Shown: positions 24,218-37,714, counted from the first letter of the whole stretch. The stretch is 62,839 nt of DNA, filler included, from Rhabdomonas costata (GCA_019059605.1; 47 parts of 47 records of this genome joined end to end with filler, not necessarily neighbours in it); one strand, 5' to 3'. Numbers and translations are program-made. The notes: a model not told the origin generated them from the sequence alone.

Positions 24218-24899
24218 CAGGCAAGTAACATCGGCGCCGTGGGTGACCACGAGGTAGGTCTTGACACCCAAGGAGCTGATGAACTGGACCTCCCCATGGG
24301 ACGTTCCCACAGCGACCAACCCGTCACTGTAATCCCACCGAGAGCAAACCTGGTGAGCTGATACTCCACATACCTGCTAAGATTAAGATACCAGGAGGGG
24401 GTCTTACGTCTCAGATGATCGGGAACGAAACGCTTGAAGCACGGCTTACCTTGCAGAAAACTCTGTTTCAGCAACCCGGAGGCAAGACTAAGGAACTGCA
24501 CAGCATCACGGGAAAGTGTTTTTGTGGGCGGGAGGGCAGTGAAACGTATCGACAAACCAGCGCCAAGGGAAAACAGCAGTTTTCTTCCTCCCCCTGGAAT
24601 AGGCGGACATAACACAAACCAGCACCAGTTTAGTGAAGGCCGATGGACAAGGCAAAGTCTCACCTTAATCTCTGCTTGGGTGGGGACCTGAGGACCCTAC
24701 ACATCGATCAGACGAAGTCTCACGGAACACACATACACACATACAAAAACATTGGGAGAAAGAACGAGTGAGCGACAGTGTGGTACCGTAGCTCCAGAAT
24801 GACCCATATGACGATCTCGGGCTCGTCGGCCCAGCGGTTGGTGAGGATGGTGGTCCACTTCTCAGTCCCCGAGCCCCACACGAAGCAGCTCACCATGCT
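24218..24899 (-). CDS. WD40-repeat-like protein (exons 24899-24787, 24326-24218)
   Basis: Phase-2 GT-AG join gives IVIWVILELR|DGLVAVGTSHGEVQFI...HGADVTCL, a beta-propeller blade pattern. Confidence 0.7.
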
Positions 24900-26189
24900 C
24901 TGAAAGCACCAGGGTGCAAGGCAGCAGAACCCCCTTGGCTTTCCAGGTGCCAGAACAACGTTGGCTCATGAGCGGCTCTGAGGGCTACCAGCAACCCAGT
25001 AACCCCGTACTTGTCGATCGCGAAAAAAAAAAGCCAGTATTTTTTCAATACTTATCCAGTGCTGAATGCAGTGTTCGGGCCAGGACATCGGCGGAATAGC
25101 GACCCCCACCCTCTCATTCGGATGCGGCGTAAGTAGAGCAAACACGCTTTGTTGGTTCCGACATAAACCAGCGCCCCACCATCGCTCTGGGGCTGTGAGA
25201 AGGTCACCGCTGTTGCCCGTGACTCTGGAACAAAAGAGATAGCAGAAAAGAAAGGGAAGCAAGGGAAAATTCCGCCGACAAACAGAACCCAAACCAAAAG
25301 AAGCAAGATGCCAAAGACGCCGTGAAAGTCTCACAGTGAACATTCAAAACCACCNNNNNNNNNNNNNNNNNNNNNNNNNNNNNNNNNNNNNNNNNNNNTT
25401 AATTAATTAANNNNNNNNNNNNNNNNNNNNNNNNNNNNNNNNNNNNNNNNNNNNACACTGCGGGTGGCCCGGTTTGCACGTGTTTTTGTTACGCGTTTGG
25501 GATGTTTCTGGAGGTTTGAAGATTTGGAATTCACCAGAGGTTTCAACGGACATTTTTCTTCGTGTAGGGACAATGCGCAGATTTTATGCCGGCTGACATG
25601 GAGCCTTAGTTTCGCCTTGAGGAGTTAGCCTCGTTGTGGACCCCCCCCCCGCTACCCCTCAAGGAATTTTCAAAGAATTGGGTTCGTTGCAGGAGGCGGA
25701 ACCGTACCGAAGAATTGGTATTTCATGGCCGAATGGCTATCGTTGCTTGTAATGGGAGTTGCAATGCTTGCTGCGGAAGTTGAATCGGATGGTTGCATCC
25801 ATGGATTTTGAGCCATCGCTGAAAGTGCCCGTGGCCCGCAAAATAGTTCCCCGGGGTTCCTTCCACGAAATTGTACATTAATGGTGGTGCGGCATTTTTC
25901 GTGTTGGTGAGCTCGGAAAAACGGCCCAATTCTGAGTGAACTTTTTTGAAACTTGGAAAGATTCCTGGTAAGCATGCTTCCAACTTCTCACATTCTACTG
26001 ATCCGGATCAAATACCCACACTGCAAAACGCAAACAAAGGTTTCCGAAACGGAGCCCCGTTGTGTCAGCAGCCCATCGCTGAGGAATGGTGGTGTAGTAT
26101 AGCTGCCCACTTTTCGCCGAGGACAGTGGACCACTGCAGTGTGCTACGGGACGGCCTCCCTTTGCCCTTGCAGGATCGCCTCTCCTACA

Positions 26190-26693
26190 ATGCTGAAGGC
26201 TGTTCTTCTCGCAGTGGGCTTGGCTTGGGCGGGCACGCACGCCAGTCCGTCCCAGATGCGGGTCGATGAGCTGTCCATGACAAGCTACTGTGCGCTACCC
26301 GTTCGCTACCATTACGACTACAAAGATACCACCAAGTTCATTACCTTCAACAAGAGCGACAGCAAGAACTGGACGGAGGCCAATGGAGGTTTCATCGACC
26401 TTAGGCAGCGCATCCAGTTCTCGTACGCCGACCCCGTCATCACGGAAAACCAGGTACATGAGGCCTTGAGAACAGTTGGGGTTGCACAACGTGCTTTTCG
26501 CCATGACCCCGTGACATTTGGCATCTGCGGCGAACTGTTTCCGTGCCGCATCATTTTTCGGAAGAACCGAATCTACACGGATGCCTCTCTTTGTTTGCTC
26601 TCGGGTGTCATTTTCTCGTTCAGGTGATTATCGAGCTGAACGGTGGAGTAGAGGGGCTTGGGAAGCTCTCCACCCGGTTCAACCACAACAACC
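26190..26693 (+). CDS. Secreted or surface protein with signal peptide (exons 26190-26453, 26624 to contig end)
   Basis: MLKAVLLAVGLAWAGTHA looks like a signal peptide. NKS and NWT sequons are present, and there is a GT-AG intron. Confidence 0.7.
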
Positions 26694-26795
26694 NNNNNNN
26701 NNNNNNNNNNNNNNNNNNNNNNNNNNNNNNNNNNNNNTTAATTAATTAANNNNNNNNNNNNNNNNNNNNNNNNNNNNNNNNNNNNNNNNNNNNTG

Positions 26796-27074
26796 TGTTG
26801 TGGTGAGTCGGAGTATCAGGCCTTTTCCCACCATGGCCCCTCCGGCTCACCACACGTGGACTACCTTGCTGCCATCAGAGGAGAGGGCGGCTCCACCCAC
26901 CTGGATTATAGTGCAGGTTTTCAGGGTGGTCTGGCGCAGCATAATGAGTATCCCGAGCAGGCCTCGAATCACTCCGGGATGTCTTCCCCACATTTGGATT
27001 ACAGTGCGCCCATATCAGGCTCCCCGCACGTGGACTACGGCACACCTTTGACATTGGGCTACATGACCCAGTAG
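26796..27074 (+). CDS. C-terminus of a low-complexity protein with four (G/S)S(P/T)H(V/L)DY motifs
   Basis: GSPHVDY, GSTHLDY, SSPHLDY and GSPHVDY lie in one frame and are encoded by different synonymous codons. Confidence 0.65.
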   Translation, partial: CCGESEYQAFSHHGPSGSPHVDYLAAIRGEGGSTHLDYSAGFQGGLAQHNEYPEQASNHSGMSSPHLDYSAPISGSPHVDYGTPLTLGYMTQ

Positions 27075-28166
27075 GCAAGCTGGAAGAGGGTTGAAAGCAC
27101 CAATGCTTTGCGGAAGAAGCGGCACGGCATGCAGCGGGGTATCAAGTTCCAAGTCTGGCAATGAAGCGTGTTAAGTACTGCAGCTCCTTCTTGGAGGGTT
27201 GATGTGATAGAAGCATAGGGGAGTGGGAGACGCGTGGATCGTTTGCAAGGCCGTGGCGTGTCCTCACCGTCCCTGCGAAGCGTGCTTTCCTTTCCTGTGC
27301 GAGTGCATTTTCGCCTGTAGGCGGAATTTTTTTGAATGCTTTGTTTTCAACCAATCAGAAATGATCAGTTGGTGAGGTTGGGTTGTTTTCGAGTTTGAGG
27401 CTCGCAGCCCTTGCCCCCATTTTCACTTTCATTTCCCCCCTACTCCCCCACCGCGATCCGAGTTGCTTCTTCATTGTCGGTGCCCCTTCTCCGTATCCTT
27501 GTTTTTTTAAAGGGAACTGTTTTACACTGTCACTTTCTTTTCCGTCACTGCAAGTCAGTCTTGTGTGGGAGGGATTGCTTTGAGGAAGACGGACCTGAAA
27601 ACCAGCACCTTGTTCGAGTCCTTCTGTGGTTCGCATTTCGGGAAAAACCTCCCAGACGTTTCACCTATCCCCCACCCGCATCGCTTTTCTCGATAGTGGG
27701 GGCGAAAGAAATTGACATACCAGATGGGGAAGCCAAGTTTGGTGCAACCTTCGGTTGGGAGTGCTCTGAATGCGAGTTTTGTGCTTTCCTGACAGGATAA
27801 GCGCATGATATTTTCCGATTCGCTTTAAAACTGAGAACTGTCTTTTAAATGAGAGCGTTTCGGACTTCATAGCGAAAAAAGGGTCGAAAAAATGAATTAC
27901 GAACTGAAATGTCTCTTAAATATGAGAATCATCTCAATCAGAACAGGGCATGCCCGCACAAACAGGGTGCCCCTAGTCGCATCGGGACGGCGCCCCCCGC
28001 AAGCCTTAGTCGCGAAAAAATTTACAAAAACANNNNNNNNNNNNNNNNNNNNNNNNNNNNNNNNNNNNNNNNNNNNTTAATTAATTAANNNNNNNNNNNN
28101 NNNNNNNNNNNNNNNNNNNNNNNNNNNNNNNNGTTGGGGGGTGGAACGGGCGGGAATATTGGCGAC

Positions 28167-28286
28167 CTTGCCGCTGCCGCTGATGCCAAAGTTCTCCGCG
28201 GCACAAACCGCAAGGAGATTGGGGGAAAAGGGGCTAAAACTGCAGCTGTACCCCGCAAATTTCGGGTGAAGCTTGAAAGACGGCAT
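28167..28286 (-). CDS. PEX7: Peroxin 7 (PTS2 receptor), first exon
   Basis: MPSFKLHPKFAGYSCSFSPFSPNLLAVCAAENFGISGSGK matches the PEX7 N-terminus (GYxxxFSP...LAxxxAxxFGIxGxG). Confidence 0.88.
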
Positions 28287-30478
28287 GCACGCTCAGAAGC
28301 TGTAGAAGGACAAAATGATGCCGCGTAACCTCTGCACAAGGAGAAGGGAAAGAAAGAAGGGTCCACTTCCGTGATCGACACACACACATCACAATGTGGA
28401 CATTTTTACTTGACTAAACCGCATTAATCCGCAAATATATGTAAGCGCGGTCTCTGTTCAGAGGAATAGTAAACGGACCCCGAACAGTATAAGGGCAGCA
28501 TGCTTTTTCCATAAGAAAGGGTCGTGTTGATCTCACACATGTACTTGCGGACCCTCCATGCCTTTCTTATGTTTTTTAAGCCTTAAACAAGCCTTAAAAA
28601 ACAATCAGCAGCACATCGTCCCATTGTCCAGTGTTCAGCGTTTCTTATGCCATGTCGACTGCTGTCACAATGCCAGCGCCTGCTGATTCCCACGGTAAAA
28701 ATAAACTTGAAACCTTTGGGCCTTACCTTTGGGCCTCTCCTGGGCCAATTCACTAAAGCTGAGGTTCGCTCAGTCCTGGTGTTCAAAGTGACATGTGTTG
28801 GTTTCTCTCAATCGCAGCGAGCGTGAGCAGGTTGGTTTGCCATTGGTGTACATGAACTGACGCGCATTTATTTGTTGTCTGTGGAGTCGTTAGGCTCCAA
28901 ACTCCAATCTTGACAGGATTAACGGCAGTCCATAACGTATGCAGAGCACGGGCACATTCTCAAATCTACAAGTGACTTCGGAAAAAAAGGATGCACGAAG
29001 CACGGTGCTCCAGGGCAACACGAAGCACAACGTGTAGCAAAAGTTACACATGGAGGCGCAAAAAAGCAAGCAGGAAGGTTCCACGGTTGCTACCCCACGT
29101 CCAAGGCCCAAGGCCGGTCAAGGTTCACAAGGTGTGACGTGAGGTAGCAGGGATCACTCGTCAACGTCCTCCGCAACATCCTGTGCAAGAAAAAATAACC
29201 ACAAAACTTGCTAAAACGCAGGAGATGCATAACCTGTTCCATGAGATATACAACAAAAGAGAAGATGTTTGAATGCACGAGGATCACCTGAATCATAAAG
29301 AAACTGTCAAACCCGATGAGACTGAGAAACTTCAAGAGCAAGACAATGTACGTGAAAATAGCCCACCACCCNNNNNNNNNNNNNNNNNNNNNNNNNNNNN
29401 NNNNNNNNNNNNNNNTTAATTAATTAANNNNNNNNNNNNNNNNNNNNNNNNNNNNNNNNNNNNNNNNNNNNGGTGGGGGGTGTTGCGGGCGCTGAGGCCG
29501 CCGGTGGGGTCGCCGAAGCCCCTGGTTGACCTGGGCTGGTTAAGGCTTGGCGATCTTTTTGGAGGACCCGAGCTCCAACAGCAACGGCACAAGCCGGACC
29601 CGGGTGCTGACTGGCCTAACCGTCTTGTAAAAAAGCTAAAAGGGGGCAAGGGAAACATTCTTACTACACGAGCTCAAAGCGCAACAATAAAAGATTGCTT
29701 TTAAACAAAAGGGTTCAAGACTTGAAAACAAAAGGGCAAGCGACGATCACACCGTCTGCGCGGCATTGGCAACAGGTTTTATTCAAAAAGTGTATTTCTC
29801 ATTTTAAATGGGACCCCGGTATTTACAAAGGAGAATTTGTTGCAGCAAGTATGTCTCCGTGTTTTGAGGGTCACCACAGAAAAAAAAAGGGAGGTAGAAA
29901 CACGACAAAGAAAGTTGGCCTCAGTGCTCTGGGCTGCGGGCCGGCCGTGTCAAAGTGATCCTGTGTGAGCGGCACGCGAATATTCCACACCAGCCCCGAT
30001 CCTCCCCCCCCTCGCGTTGCCCCCCTCCACCGGAGGGGGGGGGGCAACGCGGTGATCATTTGAAAAATTATGCCCTTATGCGTTTCCTCCCGATCTCATC
30101 CAGAATGGGTCCGAAACACAAAACCGACGCAAGAATTTAGGAAGAGCACCTTATTCTGCAGTGGTTTTACCCAGGAATCCAGAGGCCCCCGGATCTGGAT
30201 TTTCAGCTCAGCGGAAGTTGTCTCCTGAACGAGTTGGACGAGCCAGGCAGGTTTGAACGCAAACTTTTGTCTCGACTGTCCGACAACCAAAACCGTGCAA
30301 GTAGGGTACAGGGGGTCCTTGTAAAAAGGAAAGAAAACAGAAAGCGTACACCACACGTCCAGAGGAACACGCGGAGGAAGAGGGGCCAAGAAAACGAGCA
30401 TCCATTGCAGATCATATTGCCCGCTTCCCCGTCGTCATGCAAGCAAGTAGGTTCCAAGAAAAGGAGCCTGCTATGTTA

Positions 30479-30694
30479 CTACCCTTGCCGCTGAGGGGCT
30501 TGCTTCTCGTAAAACTTCTGCTTTGTCTTCTGGCTGATCTTCGTCAGCATCTCGGGAGGGAAGGTACGCATCATCTGCCAGCACAGGTCGAGGCTCTGGA
30601 AGATATCTCTACTCTCGGAGTAGCCCTGCTTCAGAAACTGCGACTCGAACTTTTCCAAAAACCCCAGATAGAGAAGATCCTCACGGCTCAGAGC
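30479..30694 (-). CDS. V-type H+-ATPase subunit B, C-terminal part
   Basis: Manual translation: [71 protein letters not shown]-stop. Confidence 0.93.
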   Translation of the reverse strand, partial: ALSREDLLYLGFLEKFESQFLKQGYSESRDIFQSLDLCWQMMRTFPPEMLTKISQKTKQKFYEKQAPQRQG

Positions 30695-32378
30695 CTACCC
30701 CAACCCACNNNNNNNNNNNNNNNNNNNNNNNNNNNNNNNNNNNNNNNNNNNNTTAATTAATTAANNNNNNNNNNNNNNNNNNNNNNNNNNNNNNNNNNNN
30801 NNNNNNNNGTGGGTTTTTGCGACGCTGCACTTTCCAATAGTGTGAATGTGGTCATTTATGGAATCCACTTCGGGGGTTGCTGCATGAAATGGGCGTATAC
30901 GCCGTAGCACTTCAATGGGTGCATCCATGAAATACCATGGTAAGCTACACAGTGCCATTTCACGTGAGCGCCAGATAAGTCACCCGTGTTTTCCACTGCT
31001 GAGGACATGTCTTGCACCAGTTGAGCCGATAAAATATTTGTGGCTACGTCTCCAGCACATTTTTAAGACCACAGATATTGTGCCCCCTTGATGCAGTTGC
31101 TTGTGCTACTGCAATTTGGTGCGGCTAACGCCTTCCAGATGATGTAAGACTTCCCATTCGGGGATAATTGATGGACCAGTTTAGATTAGGAGGCGAATGT
31201 CAGCTCGGTGGCGTCCGCAGGATGCCAGTTCACAATGAACGCTGAGGCGAAAACGTGGCCTAGGGCCTGTGATGTGTGCTGCAATCGAATGATTTTCTTG
31301 GGAAAATGGTTACCTCAGTTGATAGTTACCCACCATCACCCAGGATCCTCAGCATCATGCGACCTATCGGTATTGCTCTGGGGCTGCGAGACAGGGCACC
31401 TTTTGTTCCTTTTTGTTGTTTTGCTCGGAGTGGGTTTCCTTGCCGGAAAAGCGTTTGCCTTGGTTATGGTAAAGATTTAAATGACACTTGCGGAGCTTAA
31501 TTGGGGCAGGGGTGCGGCCGTGCAGGAAGGTGGGTCAGGTTGTTGTTGGTTTTTTTTTGGGGGGGGGTATGAGTACATTTTTGATATACCCACGTCCCAC
31601 CCTCAAAAGAATGCATGTTATTGTCATCTTTCATCACATCGACCAGAACCTTTTCTCCAATCCCCATCCCCACCTTCCACATTTTCTTTCATTTCTTCGC
31701 GGTTTCGCTTCATTTACTGACTAGAATCTAAATCGCGCCTCTTCCATTCCAATGGAGCACAATACTTGCAACTCCCCTTCCGCCTGCTCCATCCGCCGAG
31801 CGCTGCAGCTGGCCCAGAGCCTGCGGGCCCGCGCCGCGCCCCTCTCCCCTATCCTCCCCCTGCAGCCCTTGTCCCACCTCCAGAGCGCACTGTGCTACGA
31901 GCTGCGGCTGACCTCCCTCCCGGAAGCCCTTGCAGTGCTCTGCACTGAGAATGGGCTGCGCCCGTTTCCGCCGCAGCATTCGCTCTCCACGGCCGGGGCC
32001 ACCAGCAGCATCACCAGCGCCGAGCGTTCGCCCCCCAACAANNNNNNNNNNNNNNNNNNNNNNNNNNNNNNNNNNNNNNNNNNNNTTAATTAATTAANNN
32101 NNNNNNNNNNNNNNNNNNNNNNNNNNNNNNNNNNNNNNNNNTTTGGTTCGGCTTCGCCCTGTCTACAGAGATCAGTAAAAAGCAAACATCAATAAACTGA
32201 TAATGTTTCACTGGAACATTATTGAAGATGTGGCAGGTTTTCCTCGGCAAGCAGGAGGCGCTGGAAAGCCTTTCTCTATCTGGTGGTATGAGTCACGCAA
32301 TAAAAACATTCACCAGCGGCGACTGGCGGTTTGCACCGTCCTCCCGCCCTGATGGCATATTGGCAGGAAATCGATTAC

Positions 32379-33018
32379 CAGTATTCCGTAAACCCGGCGC
32401 AAGAAGGCGTTGAGGAGACAGGGGTGTGCGGACTGATGCAAGTCGGTCTCTCCGGCGCATATCTCTGCGGGAAAAACGAAATAATTGAGTTGCTGAACTC
32501 ACGCCGGTACCACACAAGTTGTTCACGGTGAGCAAGAAATGAGCAAAGGAAACAAAAGGATAGTACAAACCCGAAGCGTTCAAATTTTTCCACGACACCA
32601 CTCAAGACCATGAACAACTGACGCACCCACCTCTCCAATTTTCAAAATAACTGCAACCCCGGGTTTCAAAATCCAGTGAATTCCGAAGTGAATTCCGAAT
32701 TCACAGCGTTTGCGGAATCGTCACAAGCACCCTCTACTGTTACTGCCTCGAAATGATTAGTGCCGGTGGGCTCCCCCACCCCCACCCCCATCACGCACTG
32801 ATTTCGATCTGAGGCACAGGCGGGGGCGTCACTGTGGTGGGGGTCATCAACGGGGCCTCGTGGTGCTCCATCTCTAACGGGGTAGTGGGCCGCGCTTTGT
32901 GTGGAGGAGTTCCGGGGGAGGAATCCACCCCGGAGGACGACGGGCCAGGAGGGGGGCCCATGGCGCTGGCGGGAGCTGAAGAACTCGGGTCATGGAGCAC
33001 GTGTCGGGCGCACTCCAT
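32379..33018 (-). CDS. Bax inhibitor-1 / TMBIM (Lifeguard-like) protein, first two exons (33018-32799, 32464-32379)
   Basis: A Pro-rich N-terminal exon joins in phase 1 to ...LLNAFLRRVYGIL, matching the F(I/L)RKVYxIL motif that precedes TM1. Confidence 0.75.
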
Positions 33019-36000
33019 AGGCGGAAAAGCCAAAACAAAGCGAGAGAGCGAGAGAGAGAGAAAGCCCGTGGAAGAAAATAGCAGTAGCCAAAGAAGACTA
33101 CTCCACAAGTATTATCAAAGCCTGGAAATATGCGCGAAAAATGTGTGCGCCAGACCCACCCAGGAGATTCAACCTAACATTCATTCCGGTATCTGTTCGC
33201 AAATTGGAGAGTGCCTGTACCACCTCAAAAAGCTGAGAGATTGATGTCCTGTTGACATGTGCGCATTTTTCATTCAAAGCTCCTTACTTCAGGTTACCTT
33301 TTATGGGATTTCCCCAAATTCTCCAGAAGTATATTGCAGTTTTCCTCTTGACAGTACACCGGTCCTCCTGAACACTGCTGNNNNNNNNNNNNNNNNNNNN
33401 NNNNNNNNNNNNNNNNNNNNNNNNTTAATTAATTAANNNNNNNNNNNNNNNNNNNNNNNNNNNNNNNNNNNNNNNNNNNNTTGTTTGTGTCCTGTGTTGG
33501 TGTAAATCGTCGGTGAGTTTGGGTGCCGCACGGGCTCTGGTCCCGGATACCTTTTTATATTTCGTGTAAAATTCCGATCTCTTGCCGCCCGCTTGATTTG
33601 AAACTTCTGGGTCTCATCAAGCACCTGGAGCTACTTCTGCTTTTTCTTCTTCTTCTCTGCTTTGTTTTGTTCTCATGCTTCTTCCTGCAGGACGGCTTAC
33701 ATGGCGAAGATGCACGTATGGTTCTCAGAGTGCAGGGCGGTTGAAGTGGCCGCGGAGCAGTTGATGCAGGCGGCGGGCCTCTCTTCATCAGACCTCATGG
33801 CCCCGTCGTGGTACTTCGCCACTCCCGGGAGGCCACCCAGGCCACCGCCGTTCCTGTTCTCCCCCCGCACCGTCTCTGCCGCGGTAGGGACTCCTCTCCT
33901 CTCCAAATGACACTGTGGCTTTCTTCTAGTGTGGTGCTTTTGATCATATATTTTTTGCTGCTGCTTTGAGTGCTTCGTTCCTGACGACATTTTAAACCAC
34001 TGCGAATGGATTAAAAGACTGCGAAATGCGGAGTGGAAAGCTCAGATTGCGTGAGAGAGCCGTTAATTACCGAATTCTGCCCCGTCCTTAAGCAATTTGA
34101 GGTAGCGATGCCAAACCCTCAGCCTGCGAGGAAAGAAGAAGAAGTGGGTTTTGTGAGAAGAAAAGGCCATCACCTCTCGCAAGCTGTGTGTAGCGAAAGA
34201 AGGACCCAAGGCGGGCCTTGAGTCCACGAGAGAGTTATCTACTGCGCCTGTTTCTTTGTCCAATGTATTTTGCTCCCGATTCTCACTTGCTTCATCTTAT
34301 CTGCAGGAATTGAACCGCGCTCGAGAGCACTGTTTCAGAAAGCTTCTGCCAACAATGGCAACCTCATCGGGAACCTCGCCAAAAGCCTCTCGCTGTCCTT
34401 TCGGTTTCTAAACAGATGAGTTTCTTGCCTGCACCGTTCGCTCGTACGCTTAAGCAGATAAAAAAGGGTCCGAGGCGTTTTAATTGCGGGCGGGGGGGGG
34501 GGTATGAAATTTTATTCACAGAGCAGGGGCTTCCACCTCACCCCGTTTTTGTATCGAGTCGCCAGTCACCCGGCTACGCCCGTTCACTGTCTCTCAGTTG
34601 TTGCTCCTACTGCACATCGCGGTGCTTTGACCTCAGTGTCGCAAACTTGACCTGCTCGTTTGTCATTGCCCAGAACGAAGATAGCTTTGACAACCAAATA
34701 TTATTCATCCCCAAACCCCNNNNNNNNNNNNNNNNNNNNNNNNNNNNNNNNNNNNNNNNNNNNTTAATTAATTAANNNNNNNNNNNNNNNNNNNNNNNNN
34801 NNNNNNNNNNNNNNNNNNNGGTGGTGTGTGTCGGGATTTCGGACTTGGTGGGCCCTAGGAATGCTTTCTGAGGATGTGCTTGCGAAGGTTTACAGGATCT
34901 TTCGTTGGATATTCCGTCGCGCATTCACGGTGAACAATGGTTATTCGACGTCGGTCTGCGGATTCCAGTAAATCCATTCAAAACCTTCTGGTGTGCTTTT
35001 CTGATATCTTTTGATAGATCGCTCGAGTGTCCAAAAAAACGGGTGGGCATTGGTTGGGGAGTGGTCTCCCTTTGTCTACTTTTAAAGTTTCTCTCTTCGC
35101 GTTTGTTAGTTTTCGGAGAAACTGAAAAGCCTTTGCGGTTGCTGACCTAGGTGGGTTTGGGTTTGGGGCTTTGGATGTCATGGAAATTGGACTTGCTCTG
35201 CGCCGTCCTGGAGCTTTGCGTGGCAAGGTGCAGTGCTGCTTGCCTAAACAAAACCCCTCCAGAGCTGCTGACCGAGATGGACGGAGAGGAGGGAGGGGGG
35301 GCAGCAATGCCTAAGCGCTCACAAAGAGGATGGATGTGACAACCAGTATCCCATGGGATGCAACCGGTGTCCTTCTCTGACCTCCTCAGTGCGCACTTGC
35401 ATGAGCAGCGAGGAGACTGACGTGGACTTGCCCATCGGCGGCCAGGGTTGGGATGCCCTCGGTTATTTCGGTTATTTCCAGGATACTGGCCGTTAATGTG
35501 CGAAAGAAAATCACAGGGTGTATGTGGGTTGTGCCTCTGATGGCTTTCCGCGTGGGTCAGGCCGTCGATCCGCGGGTGGAGATGCCCTCCGCCGCGCTGC
35601 CGCAGGCTCTGGGTGGCGGTCATCGCGGTCACGGTCCTTTCGGGAGGAGGAAGACCCGAAGGGGGGCACACGGGAGGCTGGTGGGGTGTACGCCCCACCA
35701 CGAGGGCGGCGGTCCCTGCAGAAAACCGCATGGCATATCGCACAACGAGATGAGGTGGAGGTTTTGCCAACTATGACATATTCTGAGATGACAAAAGAGG
35801 CAACCGCTGATGTGTTACATCAATTGTTTATAAAACTATAATAGTTGAAAATGAAGCGTAAGAACAAATGCCCAAAAAAGTAATCGAAAATTCCCCCCAA
35901 AAAGTCCTAATTATTAACGAGCAACAAATTCGAACGGGAACCCTTTCATCCAGAAAGTGTACGCCTGCAAGCTCAGAAGGAACAGAGCAGAGACAGAACA

Positions 36001-36697
36001 GTAATTGGTTTTCTTCTTATGCACATTAACTCAACAAAAATTCAAAAAACAACAAAAANNNNNNNNNNNNNNNNNNNNNNNNNNNNNNNNNNNNNNNNNN
36101 NNTTAATTAATTAANNNNNNNNNNNNNNNNNNNNNNNNNNNNNNNNNNNNNNNNNNNNGGTTTTTGTTCCTCAACCTCAAACCATGAACGTTGTGCTCTA
36201 TTAAAAGCCGTGGCCGTGAGCGGGGCACAAAGCACGAACACACCGTTCATGGTTTGAGGTTGAGGAACAGAAAAGAGCAAACAGTCGAAGAAGCGTGCCA
36301 GAAAGGCAGATGGCAAGGATACCAAGGACGTTCACCACTAACAAGAGTACAAGGGTAGAGAGCCGTGTGCAAATGGGAATATACCAGAGGAGTTTACCTT
36401 GCGCAGGTCACCTGTACACGCGGCGGCAGCCCTGTCCGCGAAGTGCTGGGTGCAAAAGTGGTGTCATTTTGTGCGCCCTTCCAAAGACTTGGAGACAGCG
36501 TGGGGTCCCGGCCGCTGTAAAGGCAGGGAAGAGGCTTCATTTGGCTTCCGGCACAAAGACAGGTTCAAGCCGACTGGCGCATTCCCAGCGAAGTGGCGCA
36601 GCCACACGGAACCGGGGCGCAAAGCTCCACGCTCACGTCTTCTCCACGTGGGCGTCTGTGATTTTGCACTCTGAACGGATTGGGGTAGGGAGGTCAC

Positions 36698-37397
36698 CGG
36701 TTGCTGGAAGGGCGCCTTTCTTCCGTCAGGTTGTCATCTGTTGCGCGGCGTCGGCTGCGCGGGTCCGCCAACAACACCACGTCGTCGGCGAATATCGCAC
36801 CGTCCCGCAGACTCTTCTTGAGGACAAACTCAACCCTTGTTCCCAAGCTCAGCCCTCCGAATGAGCCTGCAGAGCAACATCACAGGAGTCGAGAGAAATA
36901 CAATGGAGGTGATATCGTTATTCTCTTCCTCCATTTCATCCCGGAAGTCCCGGAATTGCGAGCGCCTTGCGCTTGATTTTTTTTTTTTACAAAAAAAGGA
37001 AACCTTTGACTCGCCAATGTGCCAACCTATCTGGGGGTGCGGAAAACTTGTTGCGGGGAACTGGAAGGCTTCTCGGTGGAATTCGCTTTTTTCCTCACGT
37101 TGCAAAAAATCAAACAAAGAAAATAGGCAATCTGAGCAAGTCAAGAAGAATCTCTTCGCAGAAGCTGATTGAAAGACTGATTGAAAGATATGGGCGACAG
37201 AGAAGCACTGAAGCACCTGCCTCTCGCATTCCCGACGAGTGGATGTACACGTCACCATTTGGTGTGGAGATGAAGCCAAAACCCCGCCCTGAAAGGGAGC
37301 AAATGGCACCCTGCAGGTGCTGCCCCAGAATCTCGACTTCCTCGTCGTCCTCGTTTTCTTCTTCGCTGGCTGAGCTTTCCACTCGGTCGGGTTGAGA
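36698..37397 (-). CDS. Cold-shock-domain protein (exons 37397-37217, 36866-36698)
   Basis: GRGFGFISTPNGDVYIHSSGMREA|GSFGGLSLGTRVEFVLKKSLRDGAIFADDV supplies RNP1, RNP2 and the second half of the domain across a GT-AG intron. Confidence 0.85.
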
Positions 37398-37714
37398 NNN
37401 NNNNNNNNNNNNNNNNNNNNNNNNNNNNNNNNNNNNNNNNNTTAATTAATTAANNNNNNNNNNNNNNNNNNNNNNNNNNNNNNNNNNNNNNNNNNNNAGA
37501 GCTAGTTATCTGAGAGCGGCTTGGCTGTGAAGGGTAACTAACGATGAATCAAAGTGAGGTGCACGTTTTTGAGGTGTTTTTATCCAATGAAAATGAGAAG
37601 GGTGGGTGTTGTGGATGTGGAACTGAGCTATTCCGCCCAGCTCGCTTGCAACCTGCCTTGCTAGTTTATCCCGGCTCTTCTCTTGAAGCAAGGGAAGCTC
37701 TTTCTGTGCATCCG

